The notes beneath the pieces were generated by a model. It was not told the origin of the DNA. It did not search any database and saw only the letters and a list, made by a program, of their open reading frames with translations. Source: Amoebophrya sp. A120 (lineage: Eukaryota; Protista; Dinoflagellata). From it: 64,000 nucleotides of DNA. Both the position numbers and the translations under genes were made by a program. Positions 10,455-24,000 of the stretch are shown here, one piece after another. Where the stretch lies: contig CAJINV010000002.1 in the NCBI GenBank assembly GCA_905178155.1, positions 3,474,757-3,538,756 of the forward strand, written 5' to 3'. The first letter of the stretch is position 1; each line of letters begins with the position of its first letter.

Positions 10455-13422
10455 ATGCCCTCCGTCCTGATTGTCTGTACTTCCGCGGCCGAGTTCGGGC
10501 CGGAAAAGTCCCCGACGGTATGAACTGCAAAAGTATCTTAATCGTAGGAGAAGAAATACAAATTAGCTCAGGAAGAGAAATGGAATTTCTCATGCTGATT
10601 TAGGTTGAAAAAGAAATCTGTCTTGCATGACTGCGATTAGTACGAGTGCGATACTTTTGCACAGTATAGACGGGCGTCTGGATTGAAGAACTCGCTTCTC
10701 CGTATTACGCTTTCTTCTATCAAATGCAAATATGTCTCGGTCTGGAAGAGTCCGAACTTGTGATGCTGCATTTGGATTCCAAAAAAATTTGTATTGCATG
10801 AGCAGCAAAGGGAATGCAATTTTTGCTACGCGGAGAGGACATTTGTCATGCGGAATAGGCATCAAGAAGCCCTGATAATATATGTGATGCTAGGGCATGC
10901 ATCACAGACATCATGGCTAATGCAAAACGTGCATGACAAACTCCCCAAATCTTCCAGACCCAGACATAGTTGCAATGCATATCTTAGACGCTGGGTTCAA
11001 TGTGACCGTCGCGAGTCTGGCGGGAGGCGAAATCCCCGTCGACGCCGCTTCCCGCAGTGAGGGGTTTTACACGGATGCGTATCAAAGTGAAAAAAGCCTC
11101 CACCCCATAGCGGAAACGGAAGATGCGCGAATTTGTGATGCTGTATTTGAGTACACAAATCGACTTGTATTGCTAGAAGGCCAAGAGACGAAGCTGCGGC
11201 CTAAATTGCAGGTAATCTGTCATGCTGTTTCCCGCTTCCAGTTGCCTCCTGTCATCCTGGAGCTGCAAGGCTGTCCCACGCTAGACAGCACTACAGTCCG
11301 CACCTTTTGCCTTCTAGCATCACAAAGCTGACTTGTGACCACAAATCTGCATCACAGATTTCCGTTTTGATATGGGGAGGGGGCATTTTTCATTGTAATA
11401 ATGCGGCGAAGAAATTTGATGCGGACGAAACGGCGACGGGTGTGCTCAAGACTAGCAAGAACTTGGCGGACGTGGTAATATTGTATGTTTGAAGTAGAGC
11501 TTGCGATGCAGTTCTGCATGAGAAGTAGAGATATGCGAATGATGCATGTAGCTTGTACCCATGACAAATAAAGCACAGCAGTTTCTCATGTATGTAACGC
11601 ATGCCAAAATAAAATTTCTATCAGGCCGGCGACGAATTTGATGCCGTGTACCTCCCCGGCGGGCATGGTTGCTGCACGGATTTTGTTAGGCATTGCAAAA
11701 GCTGTGTTGCACGAGAATGCCAACGAAGAAATTGCGATTTGTTTGAAGTAGATGTAGCCCTGTCACTATGAACACGACCCGAAGAATAAAGATCTGTCAT
11801 GCAGTATTCCAAGATAGAGTTTGCGCGTTTAAACTTGCGACGCTTTTGCTTTTGCTCACCATAGCTCTTGCGCACGACGGTTTGAAGGCTTGCGTCGAGA
11901 AAATGTACGCTTCGGGAAAGGTGGTTTCTGCTTGCTGCCACGGCCCGGTCGGACTCGCGCAGTGCTGCAAGCCAGACGGTACTTTTTTCGTTTCTCGCGG
12001 AGGCAGCTCTTCTTGCAAGGAATGATACTAAGCTTGTCTCCAATCTAAAACAAAAACTAGCATTAGTCCGTGCAGTTTTTCATTACATGTTTTTGCGCGA
12101 ATCCACCCCAACATATACCCCCCTTCAGGTACCCCCTTGGTGAAGGATTTGAAAGTGTGCGCCTTCATATCCTGAGGAAAAACGTACCCACACCAGAGTT
12201 GTAGTGCAGATTTGCCAAGACAGGAAGACTTGTAATGCGCATCCCCATAAGAGCCATTTCCAATCGTGTTTTGGAATTTGTGATGCTGTGAACAGGATGA
12301 GCCGATGAATCTGTGATGCGGCTGCTCTTGCTAACCTGCACTACACTGCAGAGTGCAACTTCTCATGCTTGACTCACAAAACTCCTAGGTTTGTCTTGCA
12401 AAATCCCCATCCTGACTCTGGTGTGGGTACGTTTTTACTCAGGATACTTCAAGGACACCGAGGAAGCCGCTGTTGGGCACACGGAGAAGGTTGCGTGGCT
12501 GCTGGAGGCCAAGATGAAAGAGCTCGTATCAAAAGCAAATATGTCTGGGTCGGGAAGGTTGCAACTTGTGATGCTGTTTTTCGATTCTAGAAAAATCTGT
12601 AGTATTGCATGACCAGCAAGAGGAGTCCAGTTCGTGCTGCGCAAAAAGGGCGTTTCTCATGCGGGATAGGCATCAGAGAGCTATCTAAAAATCTGTAATG
12701 CTAGGTCATGCATTCGCATTGCAGGCATCATGTGTAATGCAATATGTGCGTGACAATCTAAATCTTCCAGATCCAGACCCAGACATATTTGCATTTGATA
12801 GCTCGGGTGCAAGTACGAATCCGCTGACGATTGGAACTCCGTATCCTGTGCAAAAGTATCGTACTCGTATTGTAATCATGCATTACAAATCTTTTTCTTA
12901 AGGTTAAGGTAAATTCGCAAAAAAAAAATAGTAGCTGGAGATTTCAACTTGCATCGTTATAGAAGCTTGTGTCTGTTCTGTGTTGCCTTAAAAGTTTGCA
13001 TCTGCGCCATGCATCTATTGAAGATATGTTTTTTTGTTGCAGATAGACGACCTTGACTATGGGGCGTGGGCACGAATTCTGGGAGAGTGAAGATTTGCGT
13101 TGCAGATAGATGACCGTGGGGACGCTCTCGGAGATCCGGGATCCGGAGCCGGGTGGGCGAGCGACGCGGACAGGCCAACCAGGCCAACTTCTCATCCACC
13201 CGGCCGGGTGGATGGGAAGTTGGCCTGCAACTACTATTTTTTTTTTGTTACCCCGCTCTTACAAATTTTATTTCTCATGCTGAGAAAATTGCATTTATAC
13301 GAATACGATACTTTTGCAGTTCATACTCCGCGGCGGTGTGCGATGGGCAGTTAATCACGGGGCAAAACCCGCAGTCCTCCGAGGCGGTGGCCAAGTTGAT
13401 CGTCGAGGCATTGAAGAAGTAA
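10455..13422 (+). CDS. DJ-1/PfpI (Hsp31/glyoxalase III-like) protein, 10 exons
   Basis: Spliced: TGVWIEELASPYYAF.DAG...FDAVYLPGGHG...VSACCHGP...LITGQNPQSS. Confidence 0.92.
10519..10668. mobile_element. Introner, family C
   Basis: TSD GACGG/GACGG. Confidence 0.9.
10718..10981. mobile_element. Introner, family A
   Basis: TSD TCTTC/TCTTA. Confidence 0.9.
11080..11400. mobile_element. Introner, family D (CCCCATA/TATGGGG subterminal TIR)
   Basis: TSD ATGCG/ATGCG. Confidence 0.85.
11475..11624 (+). other. Canonical GT-AG intron (150 bp)
   Basis: GTAATA...ATCAG; joins LADV|AGDEFDAVY. Confidence 0.8.
11686..11863. mobile_element. Degenerate family C-like introner
   Basis: GCATTGCAAAAGC / GCTTTTGC..CATA; junction ambiguous. 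Confidence 0.55.
11979..12128 (+). other. Canonical GT-AG intron (150 bp)
   Basis: GTACTT...TTCAG; joins KPDG|TPLVKD. Confidence 0.8.
12168..12446. mobile_element. Introner, family B (TATCCTGAGTAAAAACGTACCCACACCAGAG TIR)
   Basis: TSD CTTCA/CTTCA. Confidence 0.92.
12527..12800. mobile_element. Introner, family A
   Basis: TSD GCTCG/GCTCG. Confidence 0.92.
12842..13325. mobile_element. Introner, family C, with nested insertion
   Basis: TSD CTCCG/CTCCG. Confidence 0.88.
12918..13247. mobile_element. Nested MITE inside introner
   Basis: TIR CAAAAAAAAAATAGTAG / CTACTATTTTTTTTTTG. Confidence 0.7.
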
Positions 13423-15098
13423 AAGCTTTATTGCAGACAAGACTTAGAATTCTATTTTTACTACGCGCACTGGTTGCAGCCGGCGCGGCCTCTTCGCATG
13501 GTCAAGATGTCCATCGGTGCGGGTGCTAGCACTGCACCACAAAGAAAAAGATCTTCATCTTCCCTAGCTAAAAATAGTGGTTTTAGTTTATTACGTCTAG
13601 ATGAATTTATCGAGTTTTTGGCGAACGAAAGTTTTCGTTTCTATCAGCTGAACAAGGACAAATTTTTGGCATCTTGCAGTGTCGGCTAGTAGAGAAGACC
13701 AACGAAGATGCTTCGAACATCATTATGTCTCTTCACAGTCTCACGACAGAATCACGAAATGAAGACTTGATAAATGTAAATTTTCCGCGACAGGGCACGT
13801 TGAATATTATGCCGCTACAGATGAATAGAATCCAGGTTGTACAACTAGCCATCTACAGGCGAAAGCAGGCGACAGGATCGCTGTTGAGAAGTACTAACTA
13901 TCGCGAAAAACTTTTTCAATGAGCGTCGAAAAATCTTACGAAAATATTTTTGCTAGCGCGAGGAAGGAATCAAATTCTCAACAACAACTTTTTCAACAGT
14001 CATGTATCGCAGAAATACAATAATTAACTTGCGACGCGATTATATCGTCAGTCTTGTTGAAAATGCGAGAAAGGTCGGTTTCGCCATCCCCATCCGTGTT
14101 TTGTTTCTCCTGCAGTAAGCACGCATGGGATCACGTTCCGTTGTTTGTGAAAAAAATAGGAAATTTGTCGTGCGGTCTGAGCTGCAATGGATGCAAGCAG
14201 TCCCTTCCAGAATAGCTTTTCGGTCCTGCCACACTTAATCTTATTTTTCCCTCGGTCCTCTTCTGGAATGGAAAATGTCATCGATCTGATAGTCGGTCAG
14301 TCTGGGTGCAGCTCCTGCTCATCTTCGGTCGAACCTCCTTGAGGTACGACTGCAAAATCTGTTGACAACTACAAATTTGATCGAAATTCAGACGCGAATT
14401 CATGGTCGGTCAATAGATCGAGCAAAATCGAAAAAAGTCGGAAGTGAAGGTTACCATGAAATAAAGTACGTTGTCGGTGCAAAGTACTATGGAAGATCAA
14501 CAACTGCATTTGCAGCCGCCGGGTCGGTTTAGAGCAAGTGCATGAGTTTGTTTTTCCGCTTCACTAGTGAAGATGTCGCTGGATACAAATACCGACAAAA
14601 CATGTTTCATTGAAATCTCGGACCATGCAGCCTGGGCAAAAAATACCGCGAGAAGTAGTAGGTATTTAAACGATTCTTGGAGACGCCTTACAAACTAGAA
14701 ACTTCTTATGAACACCTTATCCTATCATTGAGTAGTCCTTTTGGTAGAACGAAAAGTTAACTTTTAGTTTCGGGCGAAAAAAATTACACAACCACGTTGG
14801 GGGAACAAGATAAACGTAAACAAAACAAACAAGATTATAGACACAACCACAACAAACAAGATAAACCACCCACAACAAACAATCAAACAAACAAACAAGA
14901 TACACGACGTAAAACGATTTGTACAGAAACTGAACTAGGAAAAGCAAAAAATCAATTTTCGACACTTTCCAGATTTATTTCATTTTCATCATCAAAAGAT
15001 TTCTAGCATCCATTATTACTCTACTAGTACTACAAGTGCTTAGGCTATAGAATTACCCGTACCCCGACGTAATTGTACACAAAAAAAAACGAAGCAAA

Positions 15099-18000
15099 AT
15101 GAGGTCGGTTCGCGTATTCGCCACCATAATTACCGCTGCCCATGGCGCGGATATTGGGGCGCTTATTTCCGGGCCGACGCAAGCTCGCAAAACAATCGCC
15201 GCGGAAGAAGCGAAACAAAGGGCCGAGCAAGATGCGAGAGCTGCCCAACTAGGTCCGATCCCAGTTGCGCCAGCTACCCAAGGGCTGCTTCCGGCCCCGC
15301 CTGTGGTGCAAGAGGTCCAGGAGGCTGAACAAGTAGATCCGGGGGCGCCCCAAGATCATGCCGTCGTGGCCAACGGGCCCAGGCAGGTGACGGAAAACAA
15401 GAACCGGAAGTGGTCCCCGATTGCCGCCTTTACAAAGTGGGCGGGTTGGATATCAAAAGGAAAAATGCCCCCTCCCCATATCGAAACGAAGTTTCTGATG
15501 CTCGATTTCCGTACACGAATCGGATGTGTCTTGCAGTAGAGCACTACTGCAGACAAATGCCAAACCTGAGCTGAGGGGTTTTGACTAAGGCGCCTAACAT
15601 GGCAAATGTCTATGCTGTAAGCCGAGCAGCATCACAAACCGCCTGTGTAATGCGGCGCAGTCTCTGGGCTTGCCCTCTTGCAAGAGAGACAGGATTTGTG
15701 GACAAATTTTCAGAGGGGTGCGCTTTCAATATGGGGAGAAGTGATTTTTTCTCACAATATTGGACCTGGGACAAAGTGCCGGACGACAAAATGCAAGACC
15801 GGTTGGATAAGTTGCAGTTCTACGTGGACAACATGATGGCGCTCCGCTACGCCAGCGTGGAACCCGAAGCCGAGCGGCAGAAACTGATCCAGCGGCGGAA
15901 ATTGCTGCATGAAAACGAGAAAGTGTATTTTATGTTCGAGTCCGCGGCGGATCAAAATGTCATGCTGTGGACCAGCGAGCAGATTCTGCACGTGCAAATC
16001 CACGAAGGTTGGTCCTACTACATTCGCGGACTGAAGTTTATCGGCACAGAGCAGCCGAAGACCGAGTTCCGGGCCATCCGGTGGGCGAACATTCTCGCGT
16101 GGAGCTTCAAGCCTGTCGCGAAACACCTGTCGTGGTCGACCACTTTCACGTTGCAAACGGAACGGGACGAAATTGATCTCTTATGCACTGCAAAAATGTC
16201 TGGGTCTGGGAACTTGTGATGCTGAGTTGTGAATAGTATAATGCTCTGTAATGCTCAGCCGAGCATGAGAAATATTTGCGCGGCTCCGTGTTGCGTTTTC
16301 CGCATGGTAAACGCGTTTTTGCATGACACGCAAAAGGGCCTCGTCTTGGACACGCATCACAAACTCTTCAGTCATGCCAGACAAGCATGACAAGCCTTGC
16401 ATTTTTCCAGACCCAGACATATTTGCAATCCATATCTCTCCGTGTCGTACAACAGCATCGAGGGGGGGGCCGCGTACGACCTGTTTTACTTCCTCTCTTG
16501 GCGCATCACCTCGGTGGCCTCGCTAAACTTGAAGGCGCCGCGAAAGTATGCGGAAGAGTTCGCGCAGTTTCAAGAAAACAACCCCTGCGATGAGGGCAGC
16601 CCTGAGATGGAGAAGTTCAAGAAAGGTGGGGAAAACCAGGGGATTCTTTCCAAGACGCAGCTGCTTCCCTGGAAAACCCGGCGTGCGATCGTGAACCCGG
16701 TTTGCGTTCAAAACATTTTGTTGCGCGAGAAGGTTTTGATGACGGTATCAAATGCAAATATGTATGGGTCTGGAAACTTGTGATGCTGGGTGGCGTATCA
16801 TGAGGAGGCCACAAGTGCTGGCTCAGCATGACAAGTTTCGGAGCTTCTAGGTCGTGTTGCCTATTCTGCATGACAAACTGCGTTTCTGCATGACAGAAAA
16901 ACGAGGCTCTTGGGTAACGTGCATGACAGATTTAAGAGTCATGCCAGACAAGCATGACAAGCATGCATTCTTCCACGACCCAGACACATTTGCAATGCAT
17001 AGATGGACGAGAATGTGGATTTGGCATTGTCCGCGACCGGCGGGGCGATTGACAAAGACATTCACATGCGGGATTCGATCGTCTTTACCCAGTACTATCC
17101 TGAGTAAAAACGTACTCACACCATAGTTGTCATGCAACTCTGCATGCTTAAAATGTTTCTCATGCGGAGCCCCATGAGAAGCATTTTCTAATGCGGTTTT
17201 GAAATTTGTCATGCTCCATTAATCAGCATGAGATACTGGATCTGTAATGCTGCTAAACTAGCTCAAACAGCACTACACTACGCGTCGGAATTGGTCATGC
17301 CAAACAACCAAAGCTGTGTGATTTGTCTAGCAGATTTCCCATGTTGACTCTGGTGTGGGTACGTTTTTACTCAGGATAAGTACCGCATCATCGTCATTGA
17401 AGTGCCAAACGTCGTTGGCAACTTCCTTGGGACCTCGAAGGCGCTGTATTCTTCCTACACTTACCATTCCATCCGCGCGTGGACCCTGTATCTGCCGAAG
17501 AGTTATCAACTGTAAAAATGTCTGGGTCTGGAAGATTGCAACTTGTCATGCTAAATCCGAACCATGCAAAAATCTGCGTTGCATGAGTGCCAAAAGCTGT
17601 CCACTTTCGACCAAGTTGGGAGGGAGTTTCTCATGCAGGATAGGCATGAAAGTGAAAGAGACCTGACAGACTCTGTCATACTAGGTCCCGCATTCCAGAC
17701 CTCAAGGGCCATGGAAAACCTGCATGACAAGTTCACACTCTTCCAGACCCAGACATTTTTGCATTTCATAACAGTTTTTTCGACATGAAAGGTTCGGTGA
17801 TCAAGCTTTACACCAAAGTTATGCAATGCAAAACAAAGTATCGTACTAGTATGCATTGCATTACAAGTTAGCCCAGCATTACAAATTAAATTTGTAATGC
17901 TGATTTCCCTTGAGAAAAAGATTTGTAATGCATAAATGCAATTACTACGAGTGCGATACTTTTTCAGAGCATAAAAGTCCGCGAGGAGCAATATGTCGAT

Positions 18001-21000
18001 GGCGGGCTCGCGTGGGGGCCGATGGCGATGAATTTGAACGTGAATGGGCAGGTTGACGGCGCCGGTGCAACCTGGCTGTACAACCGGATTTGGGGAGAGG
18101 GCACTGATCCGACGGTGATCACGAATTTACTTGCCTGGCGGGTCCTGGGGTTGCGCGAGGCGCCGCCTTTGGACCCAGCATTGGAAAATCTCCGGGGCGC
18201 GAAGAGTGAAATCGACAACGTATCCTATGTAAAAACGTCCCCATCACATAGTTGTCACTCTCTCTGCGTGGTAAAAATGTAAATGTTTCTCATGCGGAGC
18301 CCCATGAGAAGCATTCTTTGCTAGTCGTGTTTTGGAATTTGTGACGCTCGAAGCAGCATGATATGCTAGATCTGTGATGCTACTTGAAATAGCTAAACAG
18401 GATTACATACACGAGGCCAAACTTGTCATGCGCAGCAACCAAAGCTAGTAGATTTGTCTAGCAGGTTTCCCATCTTGACTTATGAGAATGAGGTGGGGAC
18501 GTTTTTACAAACGATACACCGAAGACGGAAATCCGGTGAACTGGTTTGACTGGATTCTGCAGTCGCGCAACAACGTGGAGCTCCACATCGGAAAAGACAA
18601 CGTTCCAATTATCCTGAGCAAAAACGTCCCCACCCCAGAGTTGTCATGCAAATCTGCATGCCGAAAAAGTTTCTCATGCGAAGCCCCATAAGAAGCTTCT
18701 TCTATTCGTGTTTTGGGATTTGTGATTCTAGAAATAGCATGATATGCTAGATCTGTGCTGCTGCTGAACTAGCTAAACAGGATTACACTACGAGGACGAA
18801 CTTGGTATGCGAAACAACCAAAGTTGGCTGATTTGTCTAGCAGATTTCCCATCTTGACTCTGCTATGGGGACGCTTTTACTCAGGATACCAATCTACAAT
18901 GCGTTGACGGACAAGTACCTCGTGCTGGGCGACGGCTTCGAAACCGTCGAGCTGATCTTCGAGATGTCCATTGGCCTGTGCGTGTTCACGAACCGCCGTA
19001 TCGTTTTGATTCGCAACAAAGGAATCGGCTTTAAACTCGGAGCAGGCCTGGAGTTCCTCGGGGGTAAGCGCTACGTGACGCTGACGTACGACGCGATTCA
19101 GAGTTTCTATGACCGTGCACAAGAACTCCCCCTCGTTCTCATTTCTCATGCAAAATCCCAAACCCAAGTGTTTCCCTTGTATCTCTATTATGCATGACGA
19201 ACCCGGAAGCCCAAGCAGTACTACACTAGCCTCATGAATTTGTCGTGCACAGACTCCATGTGTGTTGGGGTTTGTATTGCTGTTCATGCAATACAAATGA
19301 GGGGAGCTGGGAGTTGTGCACTCTCATAGTTTCAAGGTGAAAGATATGACAACCGTGGAGCAGAAACTGCAGGGGATCGCGAAGTCCTTCGGGAGTACTT
19401 TTTTGCAGCTGAACACCGACATCCCGGATGTTTTTGTTCCGATGCCGGTTGTATCAAATGCAAAAATATCTACTGGGTCTGGAAACTTGTGATGCTGAAA
19501 TTGAATGATAGACGTACTGCAAAACGCAGCGATGCGTGACAAATTGTTTGGCTGCCATGTGTTGTTACGTATTCCGCATGGCATCAAACTGCGTTTTTGC
19601 ATGACAGGTACTAAGAGGGCCTTTTCGTGCCTATGCAACACAGACTCTCGAGTCATGCCAGGCAAGCATGACAAACTAGCACTCTACTTCCGGACCCAGA
19701 CATTTTTCCAATGCATAGGTTGCCGCGGCTACTGCGGACGGTGCGGCGCGCGCCGGGAGGGCTGGGGGTAGTGATGGCGCAGAAGCTGCGGTGATCGCGG
19801 CCGCCATCAATGTCGCATTCATATCAACTGCAAAAATGTCTGGGTCTGGAAGGTTGGAACTTGTGACGCTAACTTTGGACTCTAAAAAAATCTGTATTTT
19901 TGCATGACCAGCAAGAGGAGTCTAGTTTGTGCCACGCGGGGAAGGCGTTTGTCATGCGGAGTAGGCATCGAGAAGCCCGCTAAAAATCTGTGATGCTAGG
20001 ACGTGCATTAGAGACGTCCTGGGTCATGCAGAACATGCATGACAAGTCTCAGAATCTTCCAGACCCAGACATTTCTGCGTTTGATAACTCACGACCACCT
20101 ACAACTATGCTCAAAAACGGGCGCAGGTAGACGGCGGCGTGGAGTCGCATTGCGACACCTTCTATCAAATGCAAATATCGATCTGGGTCTGGCAGCTTGT
20201 GATGCAGGTCAGTGAATAATTAAAGTGAACAACTGTAATGCGCAGCCAAGCATGACAAGTTTATTTTTCGTGCTTCTGTGCTGCGCATTCTGCATGAGAA
20301 ACTGCGTTTCTTTTTGCATCATGACAGGCGAGAGAGGCTGTTCCAACGATGGCCCCACGCAATCCAGAGCGCAGAGTCAACATGCCAACCTACTACAATC
20401 TTCCAGCCGAATGACAAGTTGTCTTGCAATCTTCCAGATGACGCAGATCGATATTTGCAGTTGATACCTTGTGGATCTGTCAAGCCTTTATGCAGTGGGG
20501 TAAAAGCCCGGGTTTAAACAGTATCCGGATCCAGTTTGCCGGCCAGCAAGCGCTTACCAAATGTAAAAATGTCTGGGTCTGGAAGATTGCCAGGTTTGTC
20601 ATGCACATTTTGCATGACTCCTGATGTCTGTGATGCATGCGTTAGCATCACGGATTTTGTGAGGGCTTTGTGATGCCTATATTACCGCATGACAAATGCT
20701 CTTTCCGTGTAGCAAAACTTGGACTCTCTTTGTCCCTGCTGCTCATGCAATACAGATATTTTTAGAATCCAAAATCAGCATGACAAGTTGGATTCTTTCA
20801 GACCCAGACACTTTTACAGTTGATAGCGCTGTTTAAATTGCAAGCCTACCTCACTTTTCGCCTCACCCGGATCGGACACGCAGGCGGGAACGTGCTGCCT
20901 GTATGAAATGCAAAAGCATCGTACTCGTAGTAATTGCATTTTTGCATTAGAAATGTCTTTTTCAAAGTAAATCAGCATTACAAATTTAATTTGTAATGCT

Positions 21001-24000
21001 GGGCTGATTTGTAATGCAATTTATACTAGTACGATGCTTTTGCAGTTCATAGCCTGCTGAGGCGGACAAGAACACGGCGCTCACGTTTCAAAACTTGCCG
21101 CAGTGCAACCCGGGCAAGATCTGGCAGAAGAGCGTCTCTTGGATGAAAAACCAGTACTACCAGGAGGACCCCGTGGAAGTCACGGACCGTATGCATTGCA
21201 AGTATGTCTGGGTCGTCTGGAAGAAAGCAACTTGTCATGCTAGCTCTGGAATCGTGCACAAACCTGCGTTGCGTGCTTACCAAAACAAGGTATCCATTTT
21301 TGCCAAAGTTCTTGCGACGCAGTCTCTCATGCAGGAGAGGCATGACAGAGATCCCACAGATGAATCTGTCATGCTAGGTTCGGTATGCCAGACCTCACGG
21401 GTGGTCATGGACAACCTGCATGACAAACTTTTTTGGAATCCACATGCAGCATCACAAGTTGCATTTTTCCAGACCCAGACACTTTTGCATTTGATAGGCC
21501 GCTTGCTCACGCATATCATGCACAAAATGGGAGGCGATGAGATGGTGAAAAAGGGCAAGGTATCAAGTGCAAAAATGTCTGGGTCTGGAAAAATGCAACT
21601 TGTGATGCTGCATTTGGATTCCAAAAAAATCTGTATTGCATGAGAAGCAAAGAAGGGAATGCAATTTTTGCTACGCTGAGAAGGCATTTGTCATGCGGAA
21701 CAGGCATCAAGAAGCCCTCAGAAAATCTGGATTGCTAGGGTATGCATCACAGACATCATGGCTCATGCAAAACGTGCATGACAGGTGTCAGAAGCTTCCA
21801 GACACAGACACTTTTGCAATCCATACAAGGAAAGCGGTTACGCCCAGATGATGTTTTTGCCGGGTGAGGAAGTCCACTTTGCGTTCACTGCGCAAAACCG
21901 CATGGACATCGTGCTGTTTACCAACTACCGCATCGTGTATCGCGACTACACGAACTGGTGGTCCCAGTTCCTCCGATCTGGGCCCTTGTCCAAACGGCAG
22001 GGCAGCAGCAGCTGGACGGAATCTATTCCCTATGAGGAAATCCACTACTGTATCCTATGTAAAAACGTCCCCACCCCAGCATAGTGATACATAGTTGTCA
22101 TGCAAATTTGCATGCTCAAAATGTTTCTCGTGCGGAGCCCCACGAGAAGCATTTTTTACTCGTGTTTTTTCGTAATTTTCCATGCTCCAATCAGCGCGAT
22201 ATGCTACTTCTGGAATGCTGCTGAACTAGCCAAACAGGATCATTACACAACGAGCCCAATCTTGTCATGCGCAACAGCCACAGGTTGCTGATTTGTCTAG
22301 CAGATTTCCCAACCCGACTATGGGGTCGTGGGGACGTTTTTACTCAGGATATACTGGAAGTTACGCACCCCCGGCGGGTTGTCGCGGGCCTTTGCCACGG
22401 CGGAATCGGTTCTGACCATCAATTTCGGGCTCCGCACGGAGCGCTTTCGGCTGAAAGAATCCTGCGCGGCCGCGTTACCCCTGTACCGCTTTCTCTCCTC
22501 CGCGATTGTGGGCAAATCTGACGATACTTTATCGCAAAGCGTCGATTCTGGCGCGGCTGGCGCTCTGTCGCACAACGGCTGGCGCGGGCAGTGGTCTATG
22601 GTCGACACAAGCTATCAACTGGAAATATGTCTGAGTCTGGAAGAATGCAGATTTTTGTCATGCTGTTTTTCCTACTTGACCCAGAAGGTCTGGCATGCAA
22701 GGTCTAGCATTACAGGTTTTGTTGAGAAGCTGCGTCGATGCCTAATCCGCATGACAAACCGCCTATTTGTTCGGTGACAAAATTACGCAACTCTTGCTGT
22801 CTATGCATGAGAAATTTTTGTGTGGTGTGGGATGTGCATCACAAGTTCCGTCTTTAAAGATTTAGACATCTTTGCACTGCATACAAGCGACCAGTTCTCC
22901 AAAGTCTCGCAGGCCGAGGCAAAGAAAGAACTGTACGAAGCACACCCTCGGTGCATGCTCGGACACGAAGCGAATACGGACGGTGCCCTTGCGTTCCGCA
23001 AGCCGCGGGATTGGCTGTACTTCCCGAAGCCGCAAGAAGCGGACGGTATATCATATTGGTGATTATATTTTGATCCTTTTGTGCATGCTTTTTTGCTTCT
23101 GATTGGAAAGCGCTAGCGTGTTACTCACTCACTTTCAAAGCTTGCTTTTCTTAGAGCCCAAGCATTGTCGAAGCATTGTCGAAGTATTGGCATACAGTGT
23201 CAGCGAGAAGTAAGGAAAAGATGATATAAGCGCTCGGGGATGAAGATATACTCGCGATACTTTTCGCGGTTCTGACCCTAGATCTCCTGCGTCCGTAGCT
23301 GCTTGCGGCGACGGTGCAAAGGTTTTTCTTTTTGATGAGGTGCAGTCGGGTATGCGTGACATATTCATTGATATCTAAATCTATCACATTGCCGTGTTTA
23401 TTTTTTCGTAGTGTTGTTTGGCAATGGGAATGGCATGATGACGATCCACCTAAAAATCTGCTGCCCATCAGGTGGTCAAACCCCGACGGGCCGCTTCTTC
23501 TACAAAAACGTGATTGGGCCTCTGGGATACGCGATGGAGCTACATTCCTGGCGGTATGCATAGATTTTTCAATTTTATTTCTTTACCGTTTGTCATGTTG
23601 TTCTACTACGTTTTCAACAAAAAGCTAAAGTTGAACTTTTGCAACCATAGACAGGTTTCATGGTCAGACGTGGTTGAAACTGAAGGACTTCGGTTTATAA
23701 ATTCGCTCTTGCATGATCACAAATTCATCACACCTCAGGTACGACAAGATTGTTGGCTGGGAAATGTACACGCAGATGCGCAAGCGCCGCGTGCTTTCTA
23801 TCCTGCGTAAAAACGTGCCTGGCATTAAAACCCCATGCTTCGATCATGCAAATCTGCAACTCTACAGGCGTGTTTCTAATGTTGCGCAGCCATATGTTGT
23901 TGAGGAGCGTGTTCGTGTTGTGACGCAATCATCTGGGAGTAGTTTATTGTTGTGCTCTAAAAAGCAGGATAAAAATTCGCTCGACTTAGTATGCAGTAGG

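Noticed and set aside
7123-13422. THUMP and DJ-1 genes as transposon-riddled pseudogenes
   Set aside because: Exons keep open frames and conserved motifs although the elements have diverged
14800-14905. ACAAACAAGATA low-complexity tract
   Set aside because: Simple sequence with no further structure
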